A stretch of 64,000 nt of DNA from an uncultured Actinomycetota bacterium (GCA_963791215.1 CAWBRR010000014.1:502-64501); one strand, 5' to 3'. Positions 20,439 to 31,060 are shown, counted from the first letter of the stretch. Notes: generated from the letters alone by a model not told the origin. Translations and numbers: made by a program.

Positions 20439-21647
20439 ATGGACGTCGTCCTAGGGCTTTCGCTGACCTCCGCTGCCGTGCGCTGGGTACTCGTCGAGGG
20501 CACGACGGGTGAGGGCGCCCCCGTCGACCGCGGTTCGCTCCCCGTCGAGCACACGCTCGACGCCAACGCGCTGCTCGACCAGCTGCTCGGCACCGAGACC
20601 ACCGAATACCAAGTTCACGCGGTCGGCGTCAGTTGGGCCCCCGAAGCCGAGGCCGGGGCGAGTGCCGTGATGGCCGCCTTGGAAGCGCGGCAACTGGACA
20701 ACGTCGTCGCCATCTCCGACGTCGAGGCCGTCGACGCCCTCGCGTGGGGGATCGCCGACGTCGCCGGCTACGACGACCTCGCCGTGTGCGTCGTGGAACC
20801 CGATGCCGCCGTGGTGGCCCTGGTCGACGCGGGCGGCGTGATCGTCGAGCGCATCGACCGTTCGGCCGTTGGCGCGGACGCCACCGAGCTGACTGAGGCT
20901 GCTGCGGCGGTGTGGGCGCCCGCCGTCCGCCAGCCCGAGTCGATCTTCGTGCTCGGATCCGACGACCTCGATCCGATCGTCGCGGAGCTCACCGCGGCGT
21001 CGGAGGTACCGGTCATCTCGGCTGCCGAGGCCGACCTGGCCATGGCGCGCGGCGCGGCGCTGGCCTCGGCGACGGCCGTCGACACCCTCGACGCGCAGGC
21101 CGCTTCGGTTGGGCTGCTTCGGTATTCGACCACCGGTGCGTTGACGTCGGTGCTCGTCGCCGCCGTGGTCACCTTCGTCGTCGCGGTATCGGTGGCAATC
21201 GGATTGCAGGCGGTCCCGGACCAGCCCGTACAACGGGGCGTCGTCGACGCAGCCGACCGCTCGATTCCGGCGGCCCCGCCCCCGTCGGTCGCGCAGGCCG
21301 CTCCGGTGACGCCGCCTGCCGCGCCGCGGCCCACTCCGGCCATGGCCCCGCCGAAGGTCGTTGGGACCGTCTCGCTCAACGCGCCGCAAGCCCCGGCGCC
21401 ACCCCCGGCCGCGCCCGTCGACCCCGCGCCGGAGTATCAGCCGCCCGCCCCCGTCTACGTGCCTCCGGCGCCTGCATACGTCCCGCCGCCAGCGCCGGCG
21501 TACGTCCCGCCGCCGGCGCCCGCGTACGTCCCGCCGCCGGCATACGTCCCGCCTGCTCCGCCGCCCCAGCCGCGGCTGCGCGATCGGATCATCGAGAAGA
21601 TCCCGATCATCAACCGCTTCCACGAGCCGAAGTACCCGGGGCAGTAG
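20439..21647 (+). CDS. Mycobacterial membrane protein (DUF7159-like N-terminus) with Pro-rich C-terminal region
   Basis: MDVVLGLSLTS...LAMARGAALAS, a single TM helix, YVPPPAPA repeats. Confidence 0.8.
   Translation: MDVVLGLSLTSAAVRWVLVEGTTGEGAPVDRGSLPVEHTLDANALLDQLLGTETTEYQVHAVGVSWAPEAEAGASAVMAALEARQLDNVVAISDVEAVDALAWGIADVAGYDDLAVCVVEPDAAVVALVDAGGVIVERIDRSAVGADATELTEAAAAVWAPAVRQPESIFVLGSDDLDPIVAELTAASEVPVISAAEADLAMARGAALASATAVDTLDAQAASVGLLRYSTTGALTSVLVAAVVTFVVAVSVAIGLQAVPDQPVQRGVVDAADRSIPAAPPPSVAQAAPVTPPAAPRPTPAMAPPKVVGTVSLNAPQAPAPPPAAPVDPAPEYQPPAPVYVPPAPAYVPPPAPAYVPPPAPAYVPPPAYVPPAPPPQPRLRDRIIEKIPIINRFHEPKYPGQ
21456..21565 (+). repeat. Coding tandem repeat (YVPPPAPA)n
   Basis: About five TACGTCCCGCCG-initiated units of 18-24 bp. 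Confidence 0.85.
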
Positions 21648-21775
21648 GTCTGCCGCTTCGTCTTGACCGTTGAGCTGGCGCTGGCGGCCAACAGTTTCGA
21701 GTAGCTTGCTCCCGCAGCGCTAGCTCAATGTTTGGGGGAGTGGCCAGTCGACGCGGCGCGGTAGCCGCGACGTTG

Positions 21776-22477
21776 TCAGCCGGCGGCGAGGCCGAGCAGC
21801 ACGTCGGCGAGCACTGCCGGCCGCGAGTAGAACGGGGAGTGACTCCCGGGAAGCTCGACCAGGTCGGCGTGGAGTCGCTCGCGAGCGGACCGCCGCGACC
21901 ACTCGGGTACCACGACGAGATCGTCGCTGCAGACCACCGACGTCGTTGGTACGGAAGGAAATTCGCTCAGCGAAAACGGTAGTAGGGCGGAGTACCCGGA
22001 CTGCACGCGCAGTCGGCCGACGGCCGCGTCTGCGGTGGCCTCGGCGCAGTCGGCGTAGAAGAGCTCGCGCGCAAGCTCGAGGTCGACCCAGCTGACACAG
22101 GTGTCCACGTCGGTCGCACCGAGGCCCGCGAACACCCGCGCATTGAGCATGCACTCGTCGTCGGTGAGCTGATCGTTCATGCTCCGGCCCGGCTCTGGCA
22201 CCGCGGCGCACAGGTACACCAGATGACGCAGCGGTCGACGCGCCGCCACCAGGGGGATCACGTTGCCGGCAAACGAGTGCCCGACGAGCACCGCGTCGTC
22301 ATGTCCCTGGATTGCCGAGCAGACCACGTCGGCCTGGTCGTCGAAGCTCGCCGAGGGGTCGTCGATGGGCAGCTCCATCGCGACCACGTCATGGCCGGCT
22401 TGTTCCAGCAGCGGAGTCAGTAACTCCCAGCACCATGCCCCGTGGAACGCGCCGTGGGCCAAAGCGAACGTCGTCAT
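21776..22477 (-). CDS. Alpha/beta hydrolase (esterase)
   Basis: HGAFHGAWCW, GHSFAG, GSHSPF. Confidence 0.9.
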   Translation of the reverse strand: MTTFALAHGAFHGAWCWELLTPLLEQAGHDVVAMELPIDDPSASFDDQADVVCSAIQGHDDAVLVGHSFAGNVIPLVAARRPLRHLVYLCAAVPEPGRSMNDQLTDDECMLNARVFAGLGATDVDTCVSWVDLELARELFYADCAEATADAAVGRLRVQSGYSALLPFSLSEFPSVPTTSVVCSDDLVVVPEWSRRSARERLHADLVELPGSHSPFYSRPAVLADVLLGLAAG

Positions 22478-22581
22478 GCGGTGGATGTTAGGGACGGCAT
22501 TCGCCGATGTGTTCAAGATCGACAAATGCGCGGACTACGCCTTGTCGGTGTCGCGAACTCCGGGCGGTAGCGCCCAAACCA

Positions 22582-23418
22582 CTAGGCCCGGATCACCGTC
22601 TCGCCGAACTCGGCGATCGTGTCCGGCGGCGCGAAGTCGGCAAACCACACGTAGATACGTTGTGCGCCTTGGGCTTCAAGCGTGCGGAAGTAGTTGGCCA
22701 GCGCGCCCGCGTCGCCGCACACCAACCCGGACCCGAAGTGGCCGAACCGCTTCTGCGCCTTCTCGGTGACGGCAGCCGCGTCGTCGCCGCGCCGGATGAA
22801 GCCCGTCATCTGCTGCACGGAGGCCTTCGCCGAGCCGATCTTCGGGAGGAACTCGGGCAGTCGGTCGACGTACGTGGTGGGCAGGTTCCACCAGTCGGCG
22901 TGCTGACGGACGAGGTCGAGCATGCGGGGTCCGACGCCGCCGAGCACGATCGGGATCGGTTGGCTCGGCGTCGGTATCTGCGCGCGCTCGTCGGTGGAGT
23001 CCCAGTACTGCTTGAGCGCGACGAGCGTATCGCCGAGCGCCGCAACGCGTTCCCGCGGCGTCGCGGTGCTCAGCGCGAACTTGGCGAGTTCGTCGGGCAT
23101 CGAGCCCGAGCCGAGGCCCAGTTCGAAGCGACCGCCGGACGCCTCCGCCAAGGTCGTCGCCTGCTTGGCCAGCACCGCCGGATGGCGGAACGCGTCGCAC
23201 AGCACCAGGTGGCCGAGCTTGAGCCGTTCGGTCTTGGCCGCCACCCACGTCGCGACCGTCATGGCCTCCCAGATCGGGGTGGTCGGCGCCATCGGTGTCT
23301 CGAGGTGGTCGAGGAACGCGATGCCGTCGAAACCCGCCGCCTCCGCCGCCTGCGCTCGTGTCACCAGGTCGGCTAGTCCCTGCCGGCTCTGTGGGACGTA
23401 CAGGAACCATTCCGCCAT
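22582..23418 (-). CDS. LLM class flavin-dependent oxidoreductase
   Basis: AEAAGFDGIAFLDH, RHPAVLAKQATTLAEASGGRFELGLGSG, IPIVLGG. Confidence 0.9.
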   Translation of the reverse strand: MAEWFLYVPQSRQGLADLVTRAQAAEAAGFDGIAFLDHLETPMAPTTPIWEAMTVATWVAAKTERLKLGHLVLCDAFRHPAVLAKQATTLAEASGGRFELGLGSGSMPDELAKFALSTATPRERVAALGDTLVALKQYWDSTDERAQIPTPSQPIPIVLGGVGPRMLDLVRQHADWWNLPTTYVDRLPEFLPKIGSAKASVQQMTGFIRRGDDAAAVTEKAQKRFGHFGSGLVCGDAGALANYFRTLEAQGAQRIYVWFADFAPPDTIAEFGETVIRA

Positions 23419-23485
23419 GCGCACTCCCGAAGTCTCAATCGCCAGTGACCGATCGCGCGTGCTGCCTATACTCGCGCAGGGCGAT

Positions 23486-23521
23486 GATAACGGCATTCTC
23501 AAATATGGAGAGTGCGTTTCC
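23486..23521. promoter_or_regulatory. Putative operator pair in the divergent LLM/SDR promoter
   Basis: GATAAC-GGC-ATTCTC and GAGAGT-GC-GTTTCC resemble the palindromes at 28741-28798. Confidence 0.5.
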
Positions 23522-23545
23522 ACAGTCCGGAGAGGACGGTCGACG

Positions 23546-24334
23546 GTGGCGGGACGGTGCGACGGCAAGGTGGCGCTGGTCACCGGCAGTAGCCGGGGGC
23601 TGGGCAAGGCGATCGCGCAGCGGCTGGCCCTCGAGGGGGCGACGGTCGCGCTGACGGCGCGCACCATGGATCCCGATCCGAAGTACGCCGGCTCGCTGGC
23701 GCAGACCCGCGACGAGATCGTGGCCTCCGGCGGTCAGGCGATCGCCGTGCAGGCCGACCTGTCCTCGAGCGAGGATCGCGAACGGCTCTTCGCCGAGGTC
23801 GTCGAATCGGTCGGCTCGCCCGACATCCTGGTCAACAACGCGGCGGTGACGTTCCTGCGCCCGCTCGACGGGTTCCCCGAGAAGCGGGTCCGGCTGATGC
23901 TGGAGATGCACCTGGTCGGGCCGCTGCACCTGAGCCAGCTGGCGATCCCCGCGATGCGCGAGCGCGGCCGCGGCTGGATCCTCAACCTCACGTCGGTCGG
24001 CGGCGACCTGCCGCCGGGGCCGCCGTTCTCCGAGTTCGACACATCGGCGGGCTTCGGCATCTACGGCACGGCCAAGGCGGCACTCAACCGGCTGACGAAA
24101 AGCCTTGCCGCCGAGCTATACGACGACGGGATCGCCGTCAACGCCGCCGCGCCGACCAACCCCGTCGCCACCCCGGGAGCGGGCACGCTAGATCTGGCGA
24201 AGACCGACACCGAGGACATCTCGCTGATCACCGAGACGGCGTTCACGCTGTGCACCGGCGACCCGAAGACGCTGACCGGACGCATCGCCCAGACGCAACC
24301 GTTCCTGCGCGAAATCGGTTGGCTGAGTGGCTGA
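23546..24334 (+). CDS. SDR family NAD(P)-dependent oxidoreductase
   Basis: TGSSRGLG, LVNNAA, YGTAK. Confidence 0.93.
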   Translation: MAGRCDGKVALVTGSSRGLGKAIAQRLALEGATVALTARTMDPDPKYAGSLAQTRDEIVASGGQAIAVQADLSSSEDRERLFAEVVESVGSPDILVNNAAVTFLRPLDGFPEKRVRLMLEMHLVGPLHLSQLAIPAMRERGRGWILNLTSVGGDLPPGPPFSEFDTSAGFGIYGTAKAALNRLTKSLAAELYDDGIAVNAAAPTNPVATPGAGTLDLAKTDTEDISLITETAFTLCTGDPKTLTGRIAQTQPFLREIGWLSG

Positions 24335-25294
24335 GCTGGACCTCGACGCGCTGCGGGCCCGGGTGTCGGCGGCTGGCGTGTCGGCCGTGGAGCCGTTGGC
24401 GGGCGGGGCGTCCAGCCTGACGTTTCGGGGGCTGCTGGCGGACCGGTCGGTCGTCGTCAAGGTGGCCCCGCCCGGCGTCGAGCCGACCGCGCATCGCGAC
24501 GTGCTGCGGCAGGCGCGGATCATCACGGCGCTCGGTGCGACGGACGTGCCGGTGCCCGAAGTGCTGTGGCACGACGTCGGCTCGCCGCCGGACGTGCCGC
24601 CGCTGTTCGTCATGTCGATGAGCGACGGCGAATCGTTCGAGCCGCTGTTCGACCCACCCGACGGACCGCCGAATCCGCATGTGGCCCAACGCTTTCGGTA
24701 CGCCGCCGAGACGATGGCGACGCTGCACCGCGTGTCACCTTCAAGTCTCGGGTTGGCCGACGAGCCCGTGGTCGACGCCGCCGCGGAGATCGACCGCTGG
24801 TGCGCCACCCTGCAGACGGTCGACCAGGCCCTGGTGCCCGGCTGGCCCGAGACCCGCGACGCGCTACGGGCCGGGATTCCGCCGCCCAGTGGGCCCGGCC
24901 GTCGTGCACGGCGACTTCCGGCTCGGCAATCTGCTTGCGGTCGACGAGCGCATCACCGCCGTGATCGACTGGGAGATCTGGTCGGTCGGCGATCCGCGCA
25001 TCGACCTCGGCTGGTTCCTCGTCAACGCCGACCCGGAAACCTACCGCGGGCCTCGCCGTCTACGCAGGCGTCGTGCCGCCGGTGGCGGAGCTGGCTGCCT
25101 GCTACGCCGAGGCGTTCGGTGCTGACGGTGCCCGAGGTGGCGTGGTTCATGGCGTTGGCGTGCTTCAAGTCGGCGGCCACGTGGGGGCTGATCGTCAAGC
25201 ACAATCGCCGAAGGCGTTCGCCGCGGCCGGAATTGGAGCGATGGCACCCGCGCTGCCCGGGTTATTGGAGCGGGCCACGGCGCTGCTGACGTGA
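24327..25294 (+). CDS. APH/choline-kinase-like phosphotransferase (ACAD10/11 N-terminal type); several frameshifts (about 24886, 25050, 25125, 25240)
   Basis: GGASSLTF, AHRDVLRQAR, HGDFRLGN, AVIDWEI, GDPRIDLGW spread over frames. Confidence 0.85.
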
Positions 25295-25302
25295 CCGAGC
25301 GG

Positions 25303-25346
25303 TTGTGCACACAAACCCGCGGTCGAGCGCGGGTTTGTGTGCACAA
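25303..25346. repeat. Perfect 19-bp inverted repeat between convergent genes (REP-like or bidirectional terminator)
   Basis: TTGTGCACACAAACCCGCG-GTCGAG-CGCGGGTTTGTGTGCACAA. Confidence 0.85.
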
Positions 25347-25364
25347 ACCGCAAGTTTCGGCAGT

Positions 25365-26660
25365 TCAGTTGCGCGGAATGCCCGCCAGCTTGTCGGCGAA
25401 CTTCGCCTCGGCCGCTTCGCGCAGCCGCAGCAGGTGTTCGGAGGGAAACGTGTCGGGTGCCCGCTCGACGTCCTTGAGCAGCAGCCGCGCCAGCGTCACC
25501 TTGTGCACCTCGGTGGGCCCGTCGGCCAGGCCGAGCACGAACGACTCGGTCAGATACTGCACGAACGGCATCTCGTGCGAGGTGCCGAGCGACCCGTGGA
25601 TCTGCAACGCTCGCGCGGAGACGTCGTGCAGCACCTTCTGCATCATCGCCTTGACGGCCGAGATGTCGGCGCGGACGGCCTTGTAGTCGTTGTACTTGTC
25701 GATCTTCCAAGCGGTTTGGAGCGTCAACAGTCGGAAGGCCTCGATCTCCATCCACGAGTCGGCGATCATCTCCTGGACCATCTGCTTGTTGGCCAGCACC
25801 TCGCCCTGGGTGTAGCGGGACACGGCGCGCTCGCAGATCATGTCGTAGATGCGGCGCACCAGTCCGACCGTGCGCATGGCGTGGTGGATGCGGCCGCCGC
25901 CGAGTCGGGTCTGCGCGACGATGAACGCACCGCCGCGTGGGCCGAGCATGTGATCGTTGGGCACGCGGACGTTCTCGTAGCGCACGTAGCCCTCGCGCCC
26001 GCCGCCCAGGGGTTGGTAGCCGAGTCCGACATCGCGCAGCACGTTGATGCCCGGGGTGTCGCCGGGCAGCACGAACATCGAATACCGTTCGTACGGCGGC
26101 GCTTCCGGGTCGGTCATGGCCATCACGATGATGAACGACGCCATCGACGCGAACGACGAGTACCACTTCTCCCCGTTGATGATCCAGTCGTCGCCGTCTT
26201 GGGTGGCGGTGGTGGTGAACACCTTGGGGTCGGCGCCGCCCTGCGGTTCGGTCATCGAGAAGCAGGAGATGATCGTGTTCTCCAGCAGCGGCTTGAGGTA
26301 GCGCTCCTTGAGTTCGGGGGTGCCGTAGTGGGCGAGGATCTCGCTGTTGCCGGAATCGGGTGCCTGCGAACCGAATACGATCGGCGCGCACTCGGAGCGG
26401 CCCAGGATCTCGTTGAGCAGCGCCAACTTCATCTGGCCGAAGCCGGGGCCACCGAGGTGGGCGCCGAGGTGGGTGGCCCACAGCCCGCGGTCCTTGACGA
26501 TCTGCTGCAGCGGCGGAATCAGCGCCTGTCGCACGGGGTCGTTGAGGTCGTGCGACTCCTTGACGATCATGTCGATCGGCTCGCACTCGGTGCGCACGAA
26601 GTCCTCGACCCAGGCGAGTTGTTCAGCCCACTCGGGGTCGGTCTCGAAGTCCCACGACAC
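25365..26660 (-). CDS. Acyl-CoA dehydrogenase (FadE family)
   Basis: QAPDSGNSEIL, FSMTEPQGGAD, INGEKW, AQTRLGGGRIHH, LADGPTEVHK. Confidence 0.95.
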   Translation of the reverse strand: MSWDFETDPEWAEQLAWVEDFVRTECEPIDMIVKESHDLNDPVRQALIPPLQQIVKDRGLWATHLGAHLGGPGFGQMKLALLNEILGRSECAPIVFGSQAPDSGNSEILAHYGTPELKERYLKPLLENTIISCFSMTEPQGGADPKVFTTTATQDGDDWIINGEKWYSSFASMASFIIVMAMTDPEAPPYERYSMFVLPGDTPGINVLRDVGLGYQPLGGGREGYVRYENVRVPNDHMLGPRGGAFIVAQTRLGGGRIHHAMRTVGLVRRIYDMICERAVSRYTQGEVLANKQMVQEMIADSWMEIEAFRLLTLQTAWKIDKYNDYKAVRADISAVKAMMQKVLHDVSARALQIHGSLGTSHEMPFVQYLTESFVLGLADGPTEVHKVTLARLLLKDVERAPDTFPSEHLLRLREAAEAKFADKLAGIPRN

Positions 26661-26679
26661 GGTTAGTTCCCTTTCGTCG

Positions 26680-27456
26680 TCACGACCACTTGGCGCGACG
26701 CGCTGCGGCGTCGTCCGTGGCGTGAGTGAGCACCTGGTTGCGGTTCTCGAGTTCGAGCGCAGCGTCCAACGGTGCGTCGGTGTTGGCTTGGAGTGCGCGC
26801 TTGGTCAGCTGCACGCCCAGCGGCGCCAGGTCGGCGATCAGGGCGGCCAATTCGAGCGCCCGGTCGACGAGGAGTTCGGGTGCGACGAGCTCGCTGACGA
26901 GCCCGCGGCGGTCGGCCTCCTCGGCCGAGACGGTGCGTCCGGTGAGCATCCAGTCGGCGGCGACGCTGGTGCCGACGATGCGGGGCAGGTGGTAGCTCAT
27001 GCCCATTTCGGCTCCGGACAACCCCAGCAGGATCGCGGCGTTGCCGAATGACGCTGCCGTCGAGGCGATTCGGATGTCCGACGCCAGACACATCGCCAGG
27101 CCGGCGCCGACGCAGGGGCCGTTGACGGCTGCGATCACCGGTTGGGGCAGGTCCCGGATGGCTTGGGGAAGTGCGGCCATCGCCTCCTGGAAGCGCAACC
27201 TGTCGATGGCGGGGGCGTCGGCGTCGAGCATGCCGGACCCGAAGTTGCGCATGTCGAGCCCGGAGCAGAAGCCGCGGCCCGTGCCCGTCAACACCACCGC
27301 GTGAATCGAGTGGTCGCCGCCCAGCGCCGCGAACGTCTCCAAGAGCTCGGCCTGCATGACCTGGTTGACGGCGTTGAGCCGCTCCGGGCGGTTGAGCCGC
27401 AGCAAGGCGACTCCGTCGCGCGAGGTGTCGAGGTCGAGCGTCTCGGCCACCGTCAC
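26680..27456 (-). CDS. Enoyl-CoA hydratase/isomerase
   Basis: [32 protein letters not shown]. Confidence 0.93.
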   Translation of the reverse strand: MTVAETLDLDTSRDGVALLRLNRPERLNAVNQVMQAELLETFAALGGDHSIHAVVLTGTGRGFCSGLDMRNFGSGMLDADAPAIDRLRFQEAMAALPQAIRDLPQPVIAAVNGPCVGAGLAMCLASDIRIASTAASFGNAAILLGLSGAEMGMSYHLPRIVGTSVAADWMLTGRTVSAEEADRRGLVSELVAPELLVDRALELAALIADLAPLGVQLTKRALQANTDAPLDAALELENRNQVLTHATDDAAARRAKWS

Positions 27457-28730
27457 ACCCGTTCGATGATCGTCGCGGTACCCATGCCGCCGCCGGTGCA
27501 CATGGTGACGAGCCCGGTGGTGAGGTCGCGGCGCTCGAGTTCGTCCAGCACGGTGCCGATGAGCATCGCGCCGGTGGCACCGATCGGGTGGCCCAGTGCG
27601 ATGGCGCCGCCGTTGACGTTGACGCGCTCCGGGTCGAGGCCGAGCTCGCGAATCGTCTTGAGCGGCACGGCCGCGAAGGCCTCGTTGATCTCCCAGAGGT
27701 CGATGTCCGCAACGCTCATGCCGGCCCGGTCGAGACAGCGCTGCGCGGCGGGGCCCGGCGCGGTGAGCATGATGATCGGCTCGCTGCCGATCGCGGCGGT
27801 GGCGCGGATGCGGGCGCGCGGCGTGGCGCCGTGGGCCGTCAGCCAGTCCTGGGAGACCACCGCGGCGGCGGCCGCGCCGTCGACGACCCCCGACGAGTTC
27901 CCGGCGTGGTGGACGTGGTCGATGGCGTCGAGCTGCGGGTACCGATCCCGGCAGATCTCGTCGAACGTGCGCGCTTCCCCGTCGACGGACGCCGAGCCCA
28001 TCTGCGCGAACGCCGGATTGAGGCCCGCGAGCTTCTCGACGGTGGTGCCGGGCCGCGGATGCTCGTCGTGCTTCAGGACGGTCGCACCGGTGTCGTCGGT
28101 GACCGCGATGACGGAGCGGTCGAACCGTCCCTCGGCGATGGCCTCGGCGGCGCGGCGCTGGCTCTCGGCAGCGAAGGCGTCGACGTCCGTGCGGGTGAAG
28201 CCCTCGAGCGTGGCGATGAGGTCGGCGGAAATGCCTTGCGGGACAGTGGGGTAGCGGCCACGGAGTGCCGGGTTGTCGCCGTCGATGGTCGGCACGCCGA
28301 CGGTGACACCCCAGCGCGACATCGATTCGACGCCCCCAGCCAGGACCAGCTGCTCGGCGCCGGAGGCCACCGCGGTGGCGGCGACGGTGATGGCTTGCTG
28401 GCCCGATCCGCAGAAGCGGTTGAGCGTCATGCCGGGCACGGACTCCGGCCAACGCGCGAGGAGGACGGCCAGGCGGGCGATGTCGTCGCCGTGGTCCCCG
28501 GCGAGGATCCCGTTGCCCGCGATGACGTCATCGACGCCGACGGGGTCGAATCCGGTGCGCGAGGCCAGTGCGGTCAGGCATTGAGCGAACAATGCTTGCG
28601 GATGTATCGCGTGCAGTGCGCCGTCGGGGCGGCCTTTGCCGCGCGGTGTGCGAACGGCATCCAGGATCCATGCGTCGATGTCGAGCTCCCGTCGTTGCGA
28701 GCCCCAGGCTGGGGTTTCGTCGGGCGGCAC
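27453..28730 (-). CDS. Acetyl-CoA C-acyltransferase (thiolase)
   Basis: [37 protein letters not shown]. Start uncertain. Confidence 0.95.
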   Translation of the reverse strand: MPPDETPAWGSQRRELDIDAWILDAVRTPRGKGRPDGALHAIHPQALFAQCLTALASRTGFDPVGVDDVIAGNGILAGDHGDDIARLAVLLARWPESVPGMTLNRFCGSGQQAITVAATAVASGAEQLVLAGGVESMSRWGVTVGVPTIDGDNPALRGRYPTVPQGISADLIATLEGFTRTDVDAFAAESQRRAAEAIAEGRFDRSVIAVTDDTGATVLKHDEHPRPGTTVEKLAGLNPAFAQMGSASVDGEARTFDEICRDRYPQLDAIDHVHHAGNSSGVVDGAAAAAVVSQDWLTAHGATPRARIRATAAIGSEPIIMLTAPGPAAQRCLDRAGMSVADIDLWEINEAFAAVPLKTIRELGLDPERVNVNGGAIALGHPIGATGAMLIGTVLDELERRDLTTGLVTMCTGGGMGTATIIERV

Positions 28731-28740
28731 CGCCGCCGGT

Positions 28741-28798
28741 GAGAATCGTATTCTCGCTCAAGGGGCAGGGCAATACCGCCTGATGAGAATGCGTTCTC
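28741..28798. promoter_or_regulatory. Two palindromic operator-like sites upstream of the thiolase operon
   Basis: GAGAAT-CGT-ATTCTC (28741-28755) and GAGAAT-GC-GTTCTC (28785-28798). Confidence 0.6.
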
Positions 28799-29542
28799 CA
28801 GGAGGCCGTTAGAGCGCGCGAATCGCCAACCGGCGGTCGTTGAATTCCGGCGGCGCTAACCGGGCTCGTCGGTCCCAACCAACGCGTGCCTGCGGTCATC
28901 GACACTTGTTAGCCAATGTCACACCAAGATCATTGTGTGCGCAGGTCAGAGGGTAAATCAAGATCACAAACTTTGTCGCTCTATGTGTCGTTTTCGGCTT
29001 GCCAAAGGTATTGGCGAACCAGTAATGTTCGGGCCAGTTCGACGCCGCCGCCAGGCCCTGTTTGGCGCTCGGGGGTACGGGTTGGTTGGAGCGGGGAGGT
29101 TCCGGCCACCAAGGGGACGACGGCCTGAGCAAGGCCTGGTGCGGTGACGAACGGGGGGAGCTGGGGGGACGATGGCGGCGCGCCATTGCGAGGGGGTTTC
29201 GCAGGGCGCGCCGCCAAACGTATTTCTCATGCCGGACCGCACGGCGTGCGCAGCCAGACACCCCCGGGTGTGACACCCGCGCAAGGCATGGCCAGCACGC
29301 CAAACCCGACGACATCGCCTCCTGCGGACACCGATTCGCGCTACCAGTCGGCCGTCGTCGGTCCCCGTAATGCTCGCTTACCTACCTTCTGCACAGCCTG
29401 CACACATCCGTGCGAGCGTATTCTTTAGCTTGGGTAAAGAATTGACGCTGACGTCGGTCTCTTATGTCCCGCAAAGACTTTGGCCCGTTGCCGGGGAGGA
29501 CCAGAGCCGCTGTTGTTCCAACGAGTAGTTGCAGGGGTTCAC

Positions 29543-29806
29543 ATGAAGAACATGAAGAGTTTGAAGACAATCGCCGCCGGCGGCCTGCTCGCCGGTGCGC
29601 TCGGAATGGCCACGCTCGGCGTCGGCTCGGGCGTCGCGAACGCCGATCCCGGCTGGGGCCACGGCCACGGCCACGGTTGGGGACCGGGAGGGCCGGGCTG
29701 GGGTGCGCCGCCACCTCCGTACTACGGATATGGCGGCTACGGCGGCGGCGGTTACGACCAGCCGTGCCTCACGGGTCCGCTCGGCCTCCTGCATCTCTGC
29801 GCATAG
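29543..29806 (+). CDS. Small secreted Gly/His/Tyr-rich protein with C-terminal Cys pair
   Basis: Signal peptide ending ANA-DP; GHGHGHGWGPGG...YGGYGGGG; CLTGPLGLLHLCA. Confidence 0.8.
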   Translation: MKNMKSLKTIAAGGLLAGALGMATLGVGSGVANADPGWGHGHGHGWGPGGPGWGAPPPPYYGYGGYGGGGYDQPCLTGPLGLLHLCA

Positions 29807-29898
29807 CGGATCCGGACCACCAGGTCACCGAACGATCAGGGAGGCCCGCACCCGTTAGCGGATCGACCCAGTCACCGAACGTCAGGGAGGCCCGCACC
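29804..29898. repeat. Imperfect tandem duplication of about 45-50 bp
   Basis: TAGCGGATC...GTCACCGAACG(A)TCAGGGAGGCCCGCACC twice; the second copy is shorter by several single bases. Confidence 0.8.
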
Positions 29899-29962
29899 GC
29901 CTGAAACTTGGTATCGCAGGTGATACCGAGTTCGGGGCCCGGGTGCGCGCCTTCGCTGACCG

Positions 29963-30901
29963 CTACGGCGCAGGTGGTCGGCCATCGATCAGTAGCGGTC
30001 CCTTCGCGCTGTTGAGCAACGTCGCCCAGCCCGCGTCCGAGACCGCTCCGAGGCCGCACGCGACCCGACGGCTGCCCGCGTCCCAACTCTCCTGCTGGAT
30101 CGTGCTGTAGATGAGGGTGAGCGTCGTCTGGCGGCGCGCGATGGGCGCGAGGTACGCATCGGTGGCCTTGATGCACGCGTCCTTGATGAAGGCATCCTGG
30201 TCTGCCTGGGCGGGAAGGGGCCCGGAGAATTGGGCGCCGACGTCGACGGTGCCGGTGACCTCCATTGCGTGCGGCGCGGCGCAGTCGGCGGGAACGTCCG
30301 TCGGCAGGCGCGTCGCGGGATCGACGCCGATGCACGTGCCCGCCGGCCACGTCCTCGACTGATCCTGGTCGGCCACCCGTCCGACGACGGTGGCTTCGCG
30401 GCCGTCGGGTCCGGGCTCCTGCAATCCACAGAACACGCGACGGTCGCCGGTCTCGCGCCAGTTCCGTTCGCCCTGCCACAAGAGGCTGGCGATGAACCGG
30501 CTGTTCGGGTCGTACTTGGCACCGAGGTACCGCCGAATCGCCGGCTGGCATCGCTGCTGGCTGAGGTTCCGAATCTCGACGTCCCTCGGTGGCGGGGCGT
30601 TCGCACTGAATTGGCCTGACAGGTCGACGACTTCGGCAATCTCGAAGAGGTGAGGTTCGGCACAGTCGACGACGTGTGCCATTTCGGGCGCCTGCCCCGG
30701 CCAGGCTAGGCAGTCGCCGGGGACCGCCACGGAGAACGGGTCGGCGCCGACGGGCGGGGGCTCGGCGGGGTTCATCGGGCTCTGCGTCCTGGCTTCGCCT
30801 TCGACGACGCGCGTGGTCCCGCAGGCGACGAGCAGGCCGCACGTCGCCAGAACCAGTGCGGCGGCGAGGACCGACCACCGCCCCCTACGTGCCAGCACCA
30901 C
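29963..30901 (-). CDS. Septum formation family lipoprotein (Rv3835-like)
   Basis: LVAC lipobox; two Cys-rich repeats (VDCAEPHLFEI, ADCAAPHAMEV, WxxGxRRVxC). Confidence 0.85.
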   Translation of the reverse strand: MVLARRGRWSVLAAALVLATCGLLVACGTTRVVEGEARTQSPMNPAEPPPVGADPFSVAVPGDCLAWPGQAPEMAHVVDCAEPHLFEIAEVVDLSGQFSANAPPPRDVEIRNLSQQRCQPAIRRYLGAKYDPNSRFIASLLWQGERNWRETGDRRVFCGLQEPGPDGREATVVGRVADQDQSRTWPAGTCIGVDPATRLPTDVPADCAAPHAMEVTGTVDVGAQFSGPLPAQADQDAFIKDACIKATDAYLAPIARRQTTLTLIYSTIQQESWDAGSRRVACGLGAVSDAGWATLLNSAKGPLLIDGRPPAP

Positions 30902-31060
30902 CGAACCCCCAACGGCTGGGAAGGACCTAGCACCACCTAAGCACCGCGCGCCGCCACCCGTTCAGAAACTCGCAACGAAAAAGTGTCGGTTCCGCGCGCC
31001 CTCGCTCCTCCTACCCGTAACGCGACCATTCGGGTGGCGTCACACGCAGGAGGGGCAGCG

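Noticed and set aside
29804..29898. CRISPR-like repeats
   Set aside because: Only two adjacent degenerate copies, no unique spacers and no cas genes.
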